Shown: positions 1-8,221, numbered from the stretch's first letter. The stretch: DNA of 42,941 nucleotides from a virus (IMGVR_UViG_3300029825_000016:1-42941); one strand, 5' to 3'. The notes: a model not told the origin generated them from the sequence alone. Translations and numbers: made by a program.

Positions 1-168
1 CCGTTTCTTCTGATTGTCTTTTAGGTATCTGTTGATCTCATCGGTTGAAATGCGCCATTGTCCTCCAACCTTAGAAGCTATTAAAGAACCTCGATTAATT
101 AAACGGTACAGGGTGCGCTCTGACACTTCCAGATGCTCCGCGGCTTTTTGAACACTAATCAACCCCAT
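1..168 (-). CDS. Excisionase/AlpA-like winged-helix DNA-binding protein (HTH_17 type), 3' end runs off the window; not in ORF track
   Basis: Hand translation MGLISVQKAAEHLEVSERTLYRLINRGSLIASKVGGQWRISTDEINRYLKDNQKKR; RBS GGGAGGGGGTG before ATG at 168; typical A..L.VS..TLYRLI..G.L.A.KVG.QWRI pattern. Confidence 0.85.
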   Translation of the reverse strand, partial: MGLISVQKAAEHLEVSERTLYRLINRGSLIASKVGGQWRISTDEINRYLKDNQKKR

Positions 169-262
169 CGATTCACCCCCTCCCTTTTTTCTTCTGTAAC
201 CACTCCGGTTACGGAAGGATGTAAAACCGATTTACACCCCCTTTTTTAACTGTTATGTCATG

Positions 263-291
263 ATTGTACCAGTTTAAACATGACAAGTCAA
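263..291 (-). promoter_or_regulatory. Sigma70/A-type promoter for the excisionase-like gene, overlapped by TGTCAT/ATGACA boxes
   Basis: - strand TTGACT-17 bp-TACAAT with extended TG; TGTCATG at 256-262 and CATGACA at 279-285 and 299-305. Confidence 0.7.
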
Positions 292-433
292 GTCAAAACA
301 TGACAAAAAAGGACAAAAAATATAACCGCCATCTTCCTCGCGGGTTTGGGGCGTAGGCCACACCTTGCTTCCTTGCAGGCGTGAACACCGCCGTTTGTAG
401 GGAGGCTGTAACTTACCGCCCCCTTGCAATGCG

Positions 434-487
434 CTGTCATCTGTCATCTGTCATCTGTCATCTGTCATCTGTCATCTGTCATCTGTC
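434..487. repeat. Tandem heptamer array (CTGTCAT)x7 + CTGTC
   Basis: Read directly; perfect copies, no spacers. Confidence 0.98.
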
Positions 488-500
488 TTTGATGACGGTT

Positions 501-532
501 AAAAAGAGGGCATCGGCTGCGCCTGATACCCC
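501..532 (-). terminator. Intrinsic terminator just downstream of the left portal copy
   Basis: - strand GGGGTATC(A)GGC-GCA-GCCGATGCCCT followed by CTTTTT. Confidence 0.65.
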
Positions 533-553
533 GACATAGTCCTATAATCTATA

Positions 554-1804
554 TTATGAATTCCCGCCCGGATTTTGACGCGGCTGCTGTTTTGATGCGG
601 TTTCTGTGCTGATCATGTTGCCGTTGACGAGGTACGCATCGCCTGAAACGCCTTCGATGGGGTTCGCTTCCTCCATCTCGCGCCATTCGTTGGCATTGAT
701 GATGCCGTTTTGACGCTGAATCCCAAGCCCTTCCTGACGCGATTTGTAATCGCCGCGCAAAAGCCCCTCAACATTGAACTTCACATAAAGCCCTTTCGCG
801 CGTTCGCTGTCGCCGAACAGCTTCCAGTTCAGGGTTTGCTCCCATCTTGTGATCCACGGCAGGATGGTGTATTTCACGAATTCGAGTGATTGATGCTCGA
901 TGTTGTTGTTTGTTGAGCGCTCCAAGTTGGCGATCATGTGCGGCGGTACGCGGAACAGTCCGCAGATTTCATCGCGCGTGAATTTGCGGGTTTCGAGGAA
1001 TTGCGCATCGGTTAACGGCATGGGAATCCGGCTCCACTTCATGCCCTCTTCAAGGACGAATGGCCGCCATGAGTTGGCAAGACCGGAACCGCGTTCATCA
1101 AGTGATTTTTGCAGGTTTTGTTTTGCTGGATCCGATAATTTACCGGGATGCTCCAATACGCCGCCGATATTCATGCCCTGCCCGAAGAATCTTGCTGCGA
1201 ATTCGGTTGATGCAAGCCCCAAGCCGATTGCTTCCCGCGCCATGCTGACAGGTGAATAGCCCATGATGCCGTCATAACCCAACCCTGGGATGTGCAGGAT
1301 TTTACGGGGTACGAGCGTTTCCATAGTGCCGTCATCATTGGTGATGCGGTACATCAGGCGTTTGGTTTCTCTGTCCCTGAACGGCTCAACTCTCTGCCAA
1401 TCGAGGGGTTCGAGTCCAAGAAGCCCCGCATTTCCGTATCTGCGTTCGTCATCTCTCAGGATCCTGCTGTACCCGTTGCCCGACAGCGCAATATGCCCCA
1501 TAATGGTTTCGCGCCATGTCTGCGAGGTCATCTCGTCGTTAGGTGCGTTGTGCAGCAGGTGATAAGCCGGATGGCTATGCACCTTGTCAGCCCCGCCACC
1601 TGCACGCGCTTGATAGACGAACAGCGGCAGACTACCGATTGTTTCAGCAAGGACGCGCACACAGGAATAGACTGTAACGTATTTCAGGGCGCTCGATTCG
1701 CTGACTGTTACGCCTGAATTGACGTTAACGCCCCAAAACCGCTCAACAATTTTGGTGAAAGGATCATCGATGCTCTGATTAAACACCCTGCTGATGAAAC
1801 TCAT
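554..1804 (-). CDS. Phage portal protein, HK97 family (with alternative 3' end)
   Basis: VYSCVRVLAETIGSLPL, GLGYDGIMGYSP, LEEGMKW, DAQFLETRKF..EICGLFRVPPHMI, NNIEHQSLEF motifs; follows terL. Confidence 0.97.
   Translation of the reverse strand: MSFISRVFNQSIDDPFTKIVERFWGVNVNSGVTVSESSALKYVTVYSCVRVLAETIGSLPLFVYQARAGGGADKVHSHPAYHLLHNAPNDEMTSQTWRETIMGHIALSGNGYSRILRDDERRYGNAGLLGLEPLDWQRVEPFRDRETKRLMYRITNDDGTMETLVPRKILHIPGLGYDGIMGYSPVSMAREAIGLGLASTEFAARFFGQGMNIGGVLEHPGKLSDPAKQNLQKSLDERGSGLANSWRPFVLEEGMKWSRIPMPLTDAQFLETRKFTRDEICGLFRVPPHMIANLERSTNNNIEHQSLEFVKYTILPWITRWEQTLNWKLFGDSERAKGLYVKFNVEGLLRGDYKSRQEGLGIQRQNGIINANEWREMEEANPIEGVSGDAYLVNGNMISTETASKQQPRQNPGGNS
561..994. repeat. Diverged direct repeat of portal 3' end, copy A (pairs with 42508-42941)
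   Basis: Hand alignment at offset 41947: 31 mismatches in 434 bp, no indels; 915-994 identical. Confidence 0.95.
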
Positions 1805-2010
1805 CTCCGCACCCCCTTAGAGAAGCCGAAGTATGAGAACATGAGCAAGACGCCGCAGATCAGCCACATGAGCGGCGGCCATATTAGCCATAACCCGCGC
1901 CCGAACATGACAAAACCCGCCACAAGGCAGGTTTCGCGGACGATTTCGTCTATTTTCTGCTGGCTGGGCAGGCGTATTTTGGGCAGTTTTAGCGGTATTT
2001 TTAGGTTCAC
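1801..2010 (-). CDS. Small membrane protein between terL and portal
   Basis: Two hydrophobic stretches; overlaps neighbours by 4 nt; usual position in HK97-like Bacillota phages. Confidence 0.75.
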   Translation of the reverse strand: MNLKIPLKLPKIRLPSQQKIDEIVRETCLVAGFVMFGRGLWLIWPPLMWLICGVLLMFSYFGFSKGVRR

Positions 2011-3680
2011 AGTGAGATGATCCCCCTTTCCTCGTAAACACTTGTATTGTCAATATTCAGCATCGCCCTTACATGCGCATTCATCATTGCGGCTACGGGG
2101 TCAATGCGCTCGACCGATTTCTTTTTATCGAGCATGAAATTGCGGTTGTGATCTTCCCTGGTGACAGCGTTACTCATCGCCCAAGTCGAAACAGGGTTTT
2201 TGTCGTGAATAACGCGGCGGTTATACACCATATCGCGGAAGTCTTTGGTCGGCTCTGACAAGGTTTTCATTCCCTGCACGATTTCAATCGGCGTGTAACC
2301 CTCGTCGATCAGGTCATTTCCGATCTGCCCGAACCCCCATGAGTCAACGCATATTTCTTTGATCGTCCACCCATTTTCAATGGCGGTGTCGAGGAGGTAT
2401 TGCTTTACAAATCGGTAATCAACCGCGCCGCCTGGTGTGGCTGTGATCCAACCGTCTTTAATCCACATCTCGTAAGGGACTTTATCGGTTTTGCGTTTGC
2501 GCTCGACGGTTTCCTCCGGCATGAACGAGTGCGATTTGACGATGTAATTTTCATCAAAGGGAAATTCAAAGGTTACGCTTGTTAGGTCGATCTTCGATGA
2601 CAGGTCAACGCCAACATAGCACTCGCGCCCGGTCAGGTCAGGCAGGATGTCAACGCCGCAGGCGTTCCATTTCTGCATCTCCATGTAGCCGCATTCCCGA
2701 TGATCTACCCACTTGTTCATGTTCTTGGTGAGAAAGTTCCGCATTTTGCGCGGATCGTCCAGCGCCGCGCGGAGTTCACCTTTGAGGTAATCCATCATGC
2801 GCGGGGTGGAGTAAAGGATCGGGTTGGCCTTGTACCAATTGCGCGGTTTTTTGATGTCGTCATCCTCGTCCAATTCGGCGATGTAAATGAAATACTCATC
2901 GTTTTCAAGGGTGCCTTCGAGAATTTTCCGGCAGTATTGGTATTCGGCGTAACACGGACTCGAAAGGTTAAAGCCGGATGTCGTGATGATAAACAACAGC
3001 GGCTGAGTGCGCTGACCCATGCCGCTGACAAGAACATCGTACATTTCGGAGGTTTTATGAGCGTGATACTCGTCAATGATGCCAAGATGCGGGTTAAAGC
3101 CGTCTATGCTGTCTACGTCTTTGGAGAGCGGCCAAAAGATTGATTCCGTCTTTTCGTGATAGATTTCAGAAACGGAATCGCGAATCCGGAAACGCTTTTT
3201 AAGGTCGGAACTGGTCTTGATCATCCGTTTGGCGATCTTCCAAACAATTTTCGCCTGGTCCTTTTTGGTGGCGGTCGCATATACCTGCGCTCCGTATTCA
3301 CCATCGAATCCGGTCATGTAGGTACCAACACCGCCAAGAATGGTCGATTTCGTGTTCTTGCGCCCAAGTCCGACATAGGCTTTGCGGAATCTGCGTCTAC
3401 CGGTAGTTTTGCATACCCATCCAAAAATCGAGCCAAGGATAAACTGCTGAAAGTCAACGATTTGGATGTATTCCCCGGCGAGTTCGCCCTCTACGTGTTT
3501 CAGATAGCCGAAGTATTTGAATATGCGCTGCGCCTTCGATTCGTTAAACACATACGGGAAATTCTTTGTTCCCTGTCGCTTCAGGTCATTGACGTGCCGT
3601 TTGCAGGCGAGTTTGACAAGCTTACCGGCAACGATTTTGCCATTCAGAACATCGTTCGCGTATTGTGTTACCGGATCCAC
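2007..3680 (-). CDS. terL: Terminase large subunit (Terminase_1 type)
   Basis: Walker A-like GRKNTKST, Walker B IIDEYH, ITTSG motif III, nuclease GVDLS..DLT and C-terminal IDPVAA. Confidence 0.97.
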   Translation of the reverse strand: MDPVTQYANDVLNGKIVAGKLVKLACKRHVNDLKRQGTKNFPYVFNESKAQRIFKYFGYLKHVEGELAGEYIQIVDFQQFILGSIFGWVCKTTGRRRFRKAYVGLGRKNTKSTILGGVGTYMTGFDGEYGAQVYATATKKDQAKIVWKIAKRMIKTSSDLKKRFRIRDSVSEIYHEKTESIFWPLSKDVDSIDGFNPHLGIIDEYHAHKTSEMYDVLVSGMGQRTQPLLFIITTSGFNLSSPCYAEYQYCRKILEGTLENDEYFIYIAELDEDDDIKKPRNWYKANPILYSTPRMMDYLKGELRAALDDPRKMRNFLTKNMNKWVDHRECGYMEMQKWNACGVDILPDLTGRECYVGVDLSSKIDLTSVTFEFPFDENYIVKSHSFMPEETVERKRKTDKVPYEMWIKDGWITATPGGAVDYRFVKQYLLDTAIENGWTIKEICVDSWGFGQIGNDLIDEGYTPIEIVQGMKTLSEPTKDFRDMVYNRRVIHDKNPVSTWAMSNAVTREDHNRNFMLDKKKSVERIDPVAAMMNAHVRAMLNIDNTSVYEERGIISL

Positions 3681-3693
3681 ATCACCTCACCAC

Positions 3694-4179
3694 TCAATCA
3701 AATTCCTCTCCGAATTCGTCTTTCGGCTTTTCTTTGCCGGAGTTTTTCTCGTAGCTCGCCAATGCTGCAGGAGTTAAATAAAACTCTGTACAGTAGGCTT
3801 TGATAATGCCCGCCATTTTGTGCATGACAAGCAGAGCGGGGTTTTGAACATCCCTCGAACCGGTCTGCGTGTGTTGCTCGATTACAATTCTGTTCGTCCT
3901 TACGTTGTCCGACGCTTCGCGGTACTTCGCCCAGGCGTCGCAGAGGATGGCGAAGGCGGGCGCGGTGAAATTGTTCAGGAGTTTTGCTTCGATGAGTTGC
4001 GGCGAAAGATGCTCCCACAGGGCGTAAGCCGCTTCTTCGTCAAGAACAAAATCGGGAACAAGGATATTGTCGCTTGGAATCTGCAGCTGATTTTCCCGGC
4101 GCTGCTCTTTTTCGGCTTTGGTCATGTGTGAGCGCCCGGATGCTTCGAGGTCGTCGACGGGTCTGGCTTTTCTGCCCAT
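3694..4179 (-). CDS. terS: Terminase small subunit (P27-like)
   Basis: MGRKARP start, LCDAWAKY, QNPA, EFYLTPA motifs; immediately upstream of terL. Confidence 0.9.
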   Translation of the reverse strand: MGRKARPVDDLEASGRSHMTKAEKEQRRENQLQIPSDNILVPDFVLDEEAAYALWEHLSPQLIEAKLLNNFTAPAFAILCDAWAKYREASDNVRTNRIVIEQHTQTGSRDVQNPALLVMHKMAGIIKAYCTEFYLTPAALASYEKNSGKEKPKDEFGEEFD

Positions 4180-4307
4180 GTTTGATCCCCCTAAACGGGT
4201 TTGCGGATAAACGGAGATTTATTCACGCGAGCCTGCCAGCGCGGCACGGGTCTAGATAGCCCCAAGGATTTTAGGGGGCCTAGGTACCCCCCCGTCGGGC
4301 TAGCCTG
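4180..4307. other. Probable cos/packaging initiation region
   Basis: Non-coding gap between HNH and terS with G/C runs (CCCCCCC, GGGGG) as in HNH-associated cos phages; exact cut site not determinable. Confidence 0.55.
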
Positions 4308-4664
4308 TTATGCCTTATTAATTTTACCTCCGAACCTCTCATGCCTTGCATTATGGCACCTATGACAGAGGGTCATTAGGTTCTCTGTGTCGTCTGAGCC
4401 GCCTTCGCTCTTGGGTTTGATGTGATGCACTACCGTGCCTGGTGTTACATCTCCACGCTCTAAGCAATCATGACAGAGGGGGTTCTGCGTTATAAACCAT
4501 TGCCGGAGTTTATCCCACGACGATGAGTAACCACGCTCCCGGAAGTTACCCCGTGCTTTGTCGTATCGCTGAGCTCGTTCTCTCTTGTGCTTCTCACAAT
4601 ACCCTTTCTCTACGAGTTCCCGACAACCGGGGTGGTTACAAGAACGCTTAAGACGCTGAGCCAC
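4308..4664 (-). CDS. Terminase-associated HNH endonuclease (HK97 gp74-like)
   Basis: CNHPGC..YCEKH, RERGY..W, PLCHDC, VHHIKP..GG, NLMTLCHRCHN. Confidence 0.93.
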   Translation of the reverse strand: MAQRLKRSCNHPGCRELVEKGYCEKHKRERAQRYDKARGNFRERGYSSSWDKLRQWFITQNPLCHDCLERGDVTPGTVVHHIKPKSEGGSDDTENLMTLCHRCHNARHERFGGKINKA

Positions 4665-4756
4665 GTTGCTTCACTCCTTGGACGGGAGCGGAGCGGGGAA
4701 ACGTTGCCGTTTGTCTCCCGCTCACCTGTCAGTAGCAATAGCCCCCGATAAACGCT

Positions 4757-4839
4757 AAAAGGCGGCTCGGTTAAGAGCCACCTTTTGACACTAGCATTAT
4801 ACTACGGTTTTACCCCTCGTGCCTGCCATCTTTCTGCCA
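4757..4839 (-). promoter_or_regulatory. Probable activator-dependent late promoter with downstream hairpin
   Basis: - strand TGGCAG direct repeats 11 bp apart (4834-4839, 4823-4828), TATAAT at 4796-4801 with no good -35, then inverted repeat 4757-4786; sits directly after the RinA/ArpU-like gene. Confidence 0.6.
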
Positions 4840-4840
4840 A

Positions 4841-5239
4841 CTAATTTTCAAGCCCCATTTCACGCCCAACTGCCATGACTAATTCCTGCCGCATCCTGAA
4901 ATAAGTCCTTTCGCTGACGGGTATCATGACACACACCTCATGCCACGGCAGCGCTTGCTTATACCGCAGTTCGAACAATGCGCGGTGGTTCTCGTTCAGC
5001 CTGCACATTGCCCGATCTATCGCCGCAACAGTGCGGGTCATGCGGGTTAGTGCGGTGTTGGTCATCAGTCTGATTGCTTTTCTGGCGGTGGTGTCGCTGA
5101 TATGCCCTGCACTTGGTATGCTATCTCTTGGCGCGGAAGAATCGCTGATAATGTCCTCGCGTAGTTCCTGGATCTCTCGTTTAGTGCGCTCGTAACTGAA
5201 TAATTCATGCTCAATGAATCGGAATACTGCTCTTTCCAT
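4841..5239 (-). CDS. Late transcriptional activator, RinA/ArpU family
   Basis: FIEHELFSY..., ISDTTARKA, LFELRY, C-terminal HTH VSERTYFR; last gene before the packaging module. Confidence 0.85.
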   Translation of the reverse strand: MERAVFRFIEHELFSYERTKREIQELREDIISDSSAPRDSIPSAGHISDTTARKAIRLMTNTALTRMTRTVAAIDRAMCRLNENHRALFELRYKQALPWHEVCVMIPVSERTYFRMRQELVMAVGREMGLEN

Positions 5240-5316
5240 GTTCCCACCCCCAAAAATAAAGGCCGCCCCAATTAAGGGACGGCCTCCTGTCTGTTCAGGT
5301 CAGCCACGAACAGGAA

Positions 5317-5574
5317 TCAATCTCCCTGCCCGTATTTTTGAATATACTTCTGTTGAAGTTTTAACCTCCGGTAAAGTTCAGATTCCGGAATGTACCAACG
5401 CCCTCCCAATTTGGTGCCTGGTATTTCGTTGTTCCGCAAATAATTTCTTATGCTCTGGCCACTTAAACCAAGTATCTTCCCCGCCGCATCTGGCGTTAAA
5501 AGCCTGTCCCGCAATTTCCTTCCCTCCCCCTTTTTTTCGCGCATTACTGACTCATGACATACAGCGGAGGTCAT
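5317..5574 (-). CDS. HTH_17/excisionase-like DNA-binding protein
   Basis: LLTPDAAGKILGLSGQSIRNYLRNNEIPGTKLGGRWYIP. Confidence 0.8.
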   Translation of the reverse strand: MTSAVCHESVMREKKGEGRKLRDRLLTPDAAGKILGLSGQSIRNYLRNNEIPGTKLGGRWYIPESELYRRLKLQQKYIQKYGQGD

Positions 5575-5768
5575 TTTCCATCGTTCCTCAATCTTATTGC
5601 CGCTCTATAGCGTTCGAACAACCGCTGCTCCTTCCAATCCTTCTGCGTAACTCCGAACCATATTTTCTTCCACCATGGCATCTTGCACCATTTGATTTCG
5701 ATTTGTTCGAGCGGGTCGGTTGTTGGTTTTGAATGCGTTCCAAACGGCTGTTTGCTCCAATCGATCAT
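5571..5768 (-). CDS. Hypothetical protein
   Basis: RBS GGAGGTG; overlaps both neighbours in the operon. Confidence 0.65.
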   Translation of the reverse strand: MIDWSKQPFGTHSKPTTDPLEQIEIKWCKMPWWKKIWFGVTQKDWKEQRLFERYRAAIRLRNDGK

Positions 5769-6058
5769 TCATCATCACCTCCGCAACTCGTTTTTACCCC
5801 TTTGTTTATCGCCTTTGCCAAATCGATTATGGCATCAAGCACATCAATTTCGTTCTGCACTAATATGCTATCCACCCTGTTTCCTTCAACCGCTATGAGT
5901 TTGAATCGGAGAGCGACTCTTAATTTTATCAACGTATTAATGGGGTGGATTTGAACAAAGTTGCTTGTCGTTTCCAAGAAATTGTTAAGATCGTTGACGA
6001 CATATTTTATTTCTTCGGGTGTCATGACGGGTTCAATCTGCGCTGTTTTAGTGCTCAT
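5765..6058 (-). CDS. Hypothetical protein (start trimmed to MSTKTAQ)
   Basis: RBS GGGAGAGG upstream of ATG 6058; operon context. Confidence 0.65.
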   Translation of the reverse strand: MSTKTAQIEPVMTPEEIKYVVNDLNNFLETTSNFVQIHPINTLIKLRVALRFKLIAVEGNRVDSILVQNEIDVLDAIIDLAKAINKGVKTSCGGDDE

Positions 6059-6072
6059 CCCAACCTCTCCCA

Positions 6073-6204
6073 TCACTCGATCTTTATGTTTTCTTCGCGT
6101 TTGATCCACCTGATTTTGTTGTCCTGAATGTTTACGGTTACTGAGCCAAAATTCAGTCCGCGAATTGTTTGAATCAACCTGACTTCAGAGGGATTTAGGG
6201 TCAT
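6073..6204 (-). CDS. Small DUF2292/YezD-like protein
   Basis: LIQTIRGLNFGSVTVNIQDNKI..I.REE.IK pattern. Confidence 0.65.
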   Translation of the reverse strand: MTLNPSEVRLIQTIRGLNFGSVTVNIQDNKIRWIKREENIKIE

Positions 6205-6310
6205 TGACTCGCCTTTCAATTGCCTCCTCCCTCCTTGGCTCCCGCCCTGACACGAACAGGCAGGCATACATTACGCCGCCAAAGATAAACGCTAGTATCA
6301 GCCAAAACAT
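6185..6310 (-). CDS. Small membrane protein (41 aa), not in ORF track
   Basis: Hand translation MFWLILAFIFGGVMYACLFVSGREPRREEAIERRVNDPKSL; TAATG coupling to upstream gene. Confidence 0.6.
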   Translation of the reverse strand: MFWLILAFIFGGVMYACLFVSGREPRREEAIERRVNDPKSL

Positions 6311-6708
6311 TACGAATCCCTCCATTCGGTGAGGAATAATCCCACATCATCCATGTCCCGCATAACCCGGATGCCCATGTTCTCGGCGATCATCAGTTCC
6401 ACGTCCGCGCCCGGCGAGCTGCCGATGAAGTAAACAGCATCAACCTTGCCCGACATCAACAGGGAGAGGTATGCGCGCATGTAATGGTATTCGTTCTGCA
6501 TGACTTCGACTTTACGAATAATGTTGATCAGCCACCCGCCCGTTTCAGCGTGCGGGCAGAAGGTAATGACCTGCATGTTCATCTCGTGCGCTGTGCGCTG
6601 TATTTCAAATGCAATTCCTTTTGCCAGCACAATGTTCGCCTTAATTCTCTCTACACTCTCTGCGTGCAACGGCCCAATGATATAGATAAATGGTGCATGA
6701 TTAGGCAT
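6310..6708 (-). CDS. Nucleoside deoxyribosyltransferase-like fold protein (DUF4406/DUF1937-like)
   Basis: IYIIGP, FCPH, DAVY, SPGADVE..IA..MGI motifs. Confidence 0.65.
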   Translation of the reverse strand: MPNHAPFIYIIGPLHAESVERIKANIVLAKGIAFEIQRTAHEMNMQVITFCPHAETGGWLINIIRKVEVMQNEYHYMRAYLSLLMSGKVDAVYFIGSSPGADVELMIAENMGIRVMRDMDDVGLFLTEWRDS

Positions 6709-7141
6709 TGTCGGTGTCCTCCACTTCCCCTTGAACTACTACCGCCACAATCCAAAACCCGCCATAATAGCCATTATGCTCGTTGTGGCTCGCCATTGTA
6801 AAAACGCCTTTGTTGGTTGTGATTTCAAGGAACTGAATTTCGTGTTTTTCGTCATATTCGCCGGTGGTGGTCGGCCCATCCTTGATCGCTATGTCCGTAA
6901 AATTCGCCCCCACGAAATACGGCAGGTCGTCGTCTGTCTGCATATACCGATCTTCGCAGCAGCTTTGGCCGTCATCGAAGATTTTGATCTTATAGCCGTC
7001 TGCGAAGTCCAAATGCAGCGCATCATCCTCCAGTTTGATTCCGGCAATCTCTTTTCCCAGCGCTTTTTGCAGTGTTTCTACAGTTTCCTTATTGCCGCCC
7101 AGCATATTAATCATTACTCCAAGTCCAAGGCTACCCATCAT
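6701..7141 (-). CDS. Conserved-looking phage hypothetical protein
   Basis: Acidic; QSCCEDRY and HNEHNGYYGG motifs suggest a metal site. Confidence 0.7.
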   Translation of the reverse strand: MMGSLGLGVMINMLGGNKETVETLQKALGKEIAGIKLEDDALHLDFADGYKIKIFDDGQSCCEDRYMQTDDDLPYFVGANFTDIAIKDGPTTTGEYDEKHEIQFLEITTNKGVFTMASHNEHNGYYGGFWIVAVVVQGEVEDTDNA

Positions 7142-7179
7142 CCCTCAACCTCCATCACTCTTATTTCTGTCCTCCGTGG

Positions 7180-8148
7180 TCAATCTTCCCAATTCGGGAT
7201 CATCCTGCTGAGCTTGTTTTTCAAGTCTTTGTAATACGGCTCGTCGATTAAAACCACTTTTTCGTTCGGGTAATACCGTTTCATTCGGTCAAGTTTCGTC
7301 CGGCTCTTTTGATCCATGTACCCTTTGACTTCGTGGTACTCGTATTTCTCTGCGCTTGTCCATACCTTGAAGTCGGGAGTGTACGACCGGCAACCGCGCT
7401 TGATCTTCTCGAACCAAAAGGTATCGGGTTCATACTCGAAACGAAGGATCTGTTTGCGCTCCTGAAGGAATTTCAAATACCTGGCATAATTCGCTTCCCA
7501 TCTCGACCGGACGAAAAAACCTAGATCCGGGCGGGTGCCTCTTTTGGCATTTGAGTAGATTGATGACGGGTGTTCTCTTATTCTTTCGAGCATCATTTTG
7601 CGGCTCCGTTCGCTTAGTCTTTGTCGATGTTCTTCGGAATTTAAAGGCGAGTCCGGATCCCGCCACATCTCTTTAGCGCGTTCACTTACTTCGCGTCTGT
7701 ATTTCTCACTATGGGTTTTGCCCAACATCCCACGCGGGTGACCATTTTTTTCAACGTACTCTTTGAACTTTTCGCACATGTTTTTGTTGAGTCGGGCATA
7801 TGTGCCGTTCGTTTTAAGCCTTTCTATGGTTCTTTTGCGGGATTCAAGCCTGCGAGGCGTTTCTTTGCCTCGAATAGTCAATCCATAACGACGCGCAACC
7901 CTGCAAACGTTTGATTCCAAACGCCCGAATTTGGCGGCTAATTCTTTGAGATCGCTGTCTTGATAGTGTTTTTTCAAGTAATCAATTTCTTCTTCGGTCC
8001 ATTCGTTTGGATTTGTGATTTTGAGTTCATACGCCCGATTTCTTATCGCCGGACCGGACCTGTTGATCATGTTTTGAATCTCTTTAACGGGCATCTTTTT
8101 GGCATAACAATCGCGGAGAATTTGCATTTCTTGTTCCGTCCAATTCAT
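7180..8148 (-). CDS. PD-(D/E)xK endonuclease with N-terminal Myb-like HTH repeats and NUMOD3-like segment
   Basis: WTEQE/WTEEE repeats, GMLGKTHSE, RSRWEANYA, YTPDF...EVKG. Confidence 0.75.
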   Translation of the reverse strand: MNWTEQEMQILRDCYAKKMPVKEIQNMINRSGPAIRNRAYELKITNPNEWTEEEIDYLKKHYQDSDLKELAAKFGRLESNVCRVARRYGLTIRGKETPRRLESRKRTIERLKTNGTYARLNKNMCEKFKEYVEKNGHPRGMLGKTHSEKYRREVSERAKEMWRDPDSPLNSEEHRQRLSERSRKMMLERIREHPSSIYSNAKRGTRPDLGFFVRSRWEANYARYLKFLQERKQILRFEYEPDTFWFEKIKRGCRSYTPDFKVWTSAEKYEYHEVKGYMDQKSRTKLDRMKRYYPNEKVVLIDEPYYKDLKNKLSRMIPNWED

Positions 8149-8221
8149 TCATCGTTCACCGCCCAATGCATCCCGAGCAGTTTGTTTTGTGACGGGTGAA
8201 TCTTGCCGGGGATGATGATGG

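Noticed and set aside
434-487. CRISPR array
   Set aside because: 7-bp units with no spacers; no cas genes
561-994. Diversity-generating retroelement (TR/VR pair) explaining the two portal ends
   Set aside because: Mismatches are not adenine-specific, are mostly silent third-position changes in both directions, and no reverse transcriptase is present
2007-3680. Intein or intron in terminase, or defective Walker A
   Set aside because: Length is normal, no splicing motifs are visible, and RKNxKS variants are common in this family
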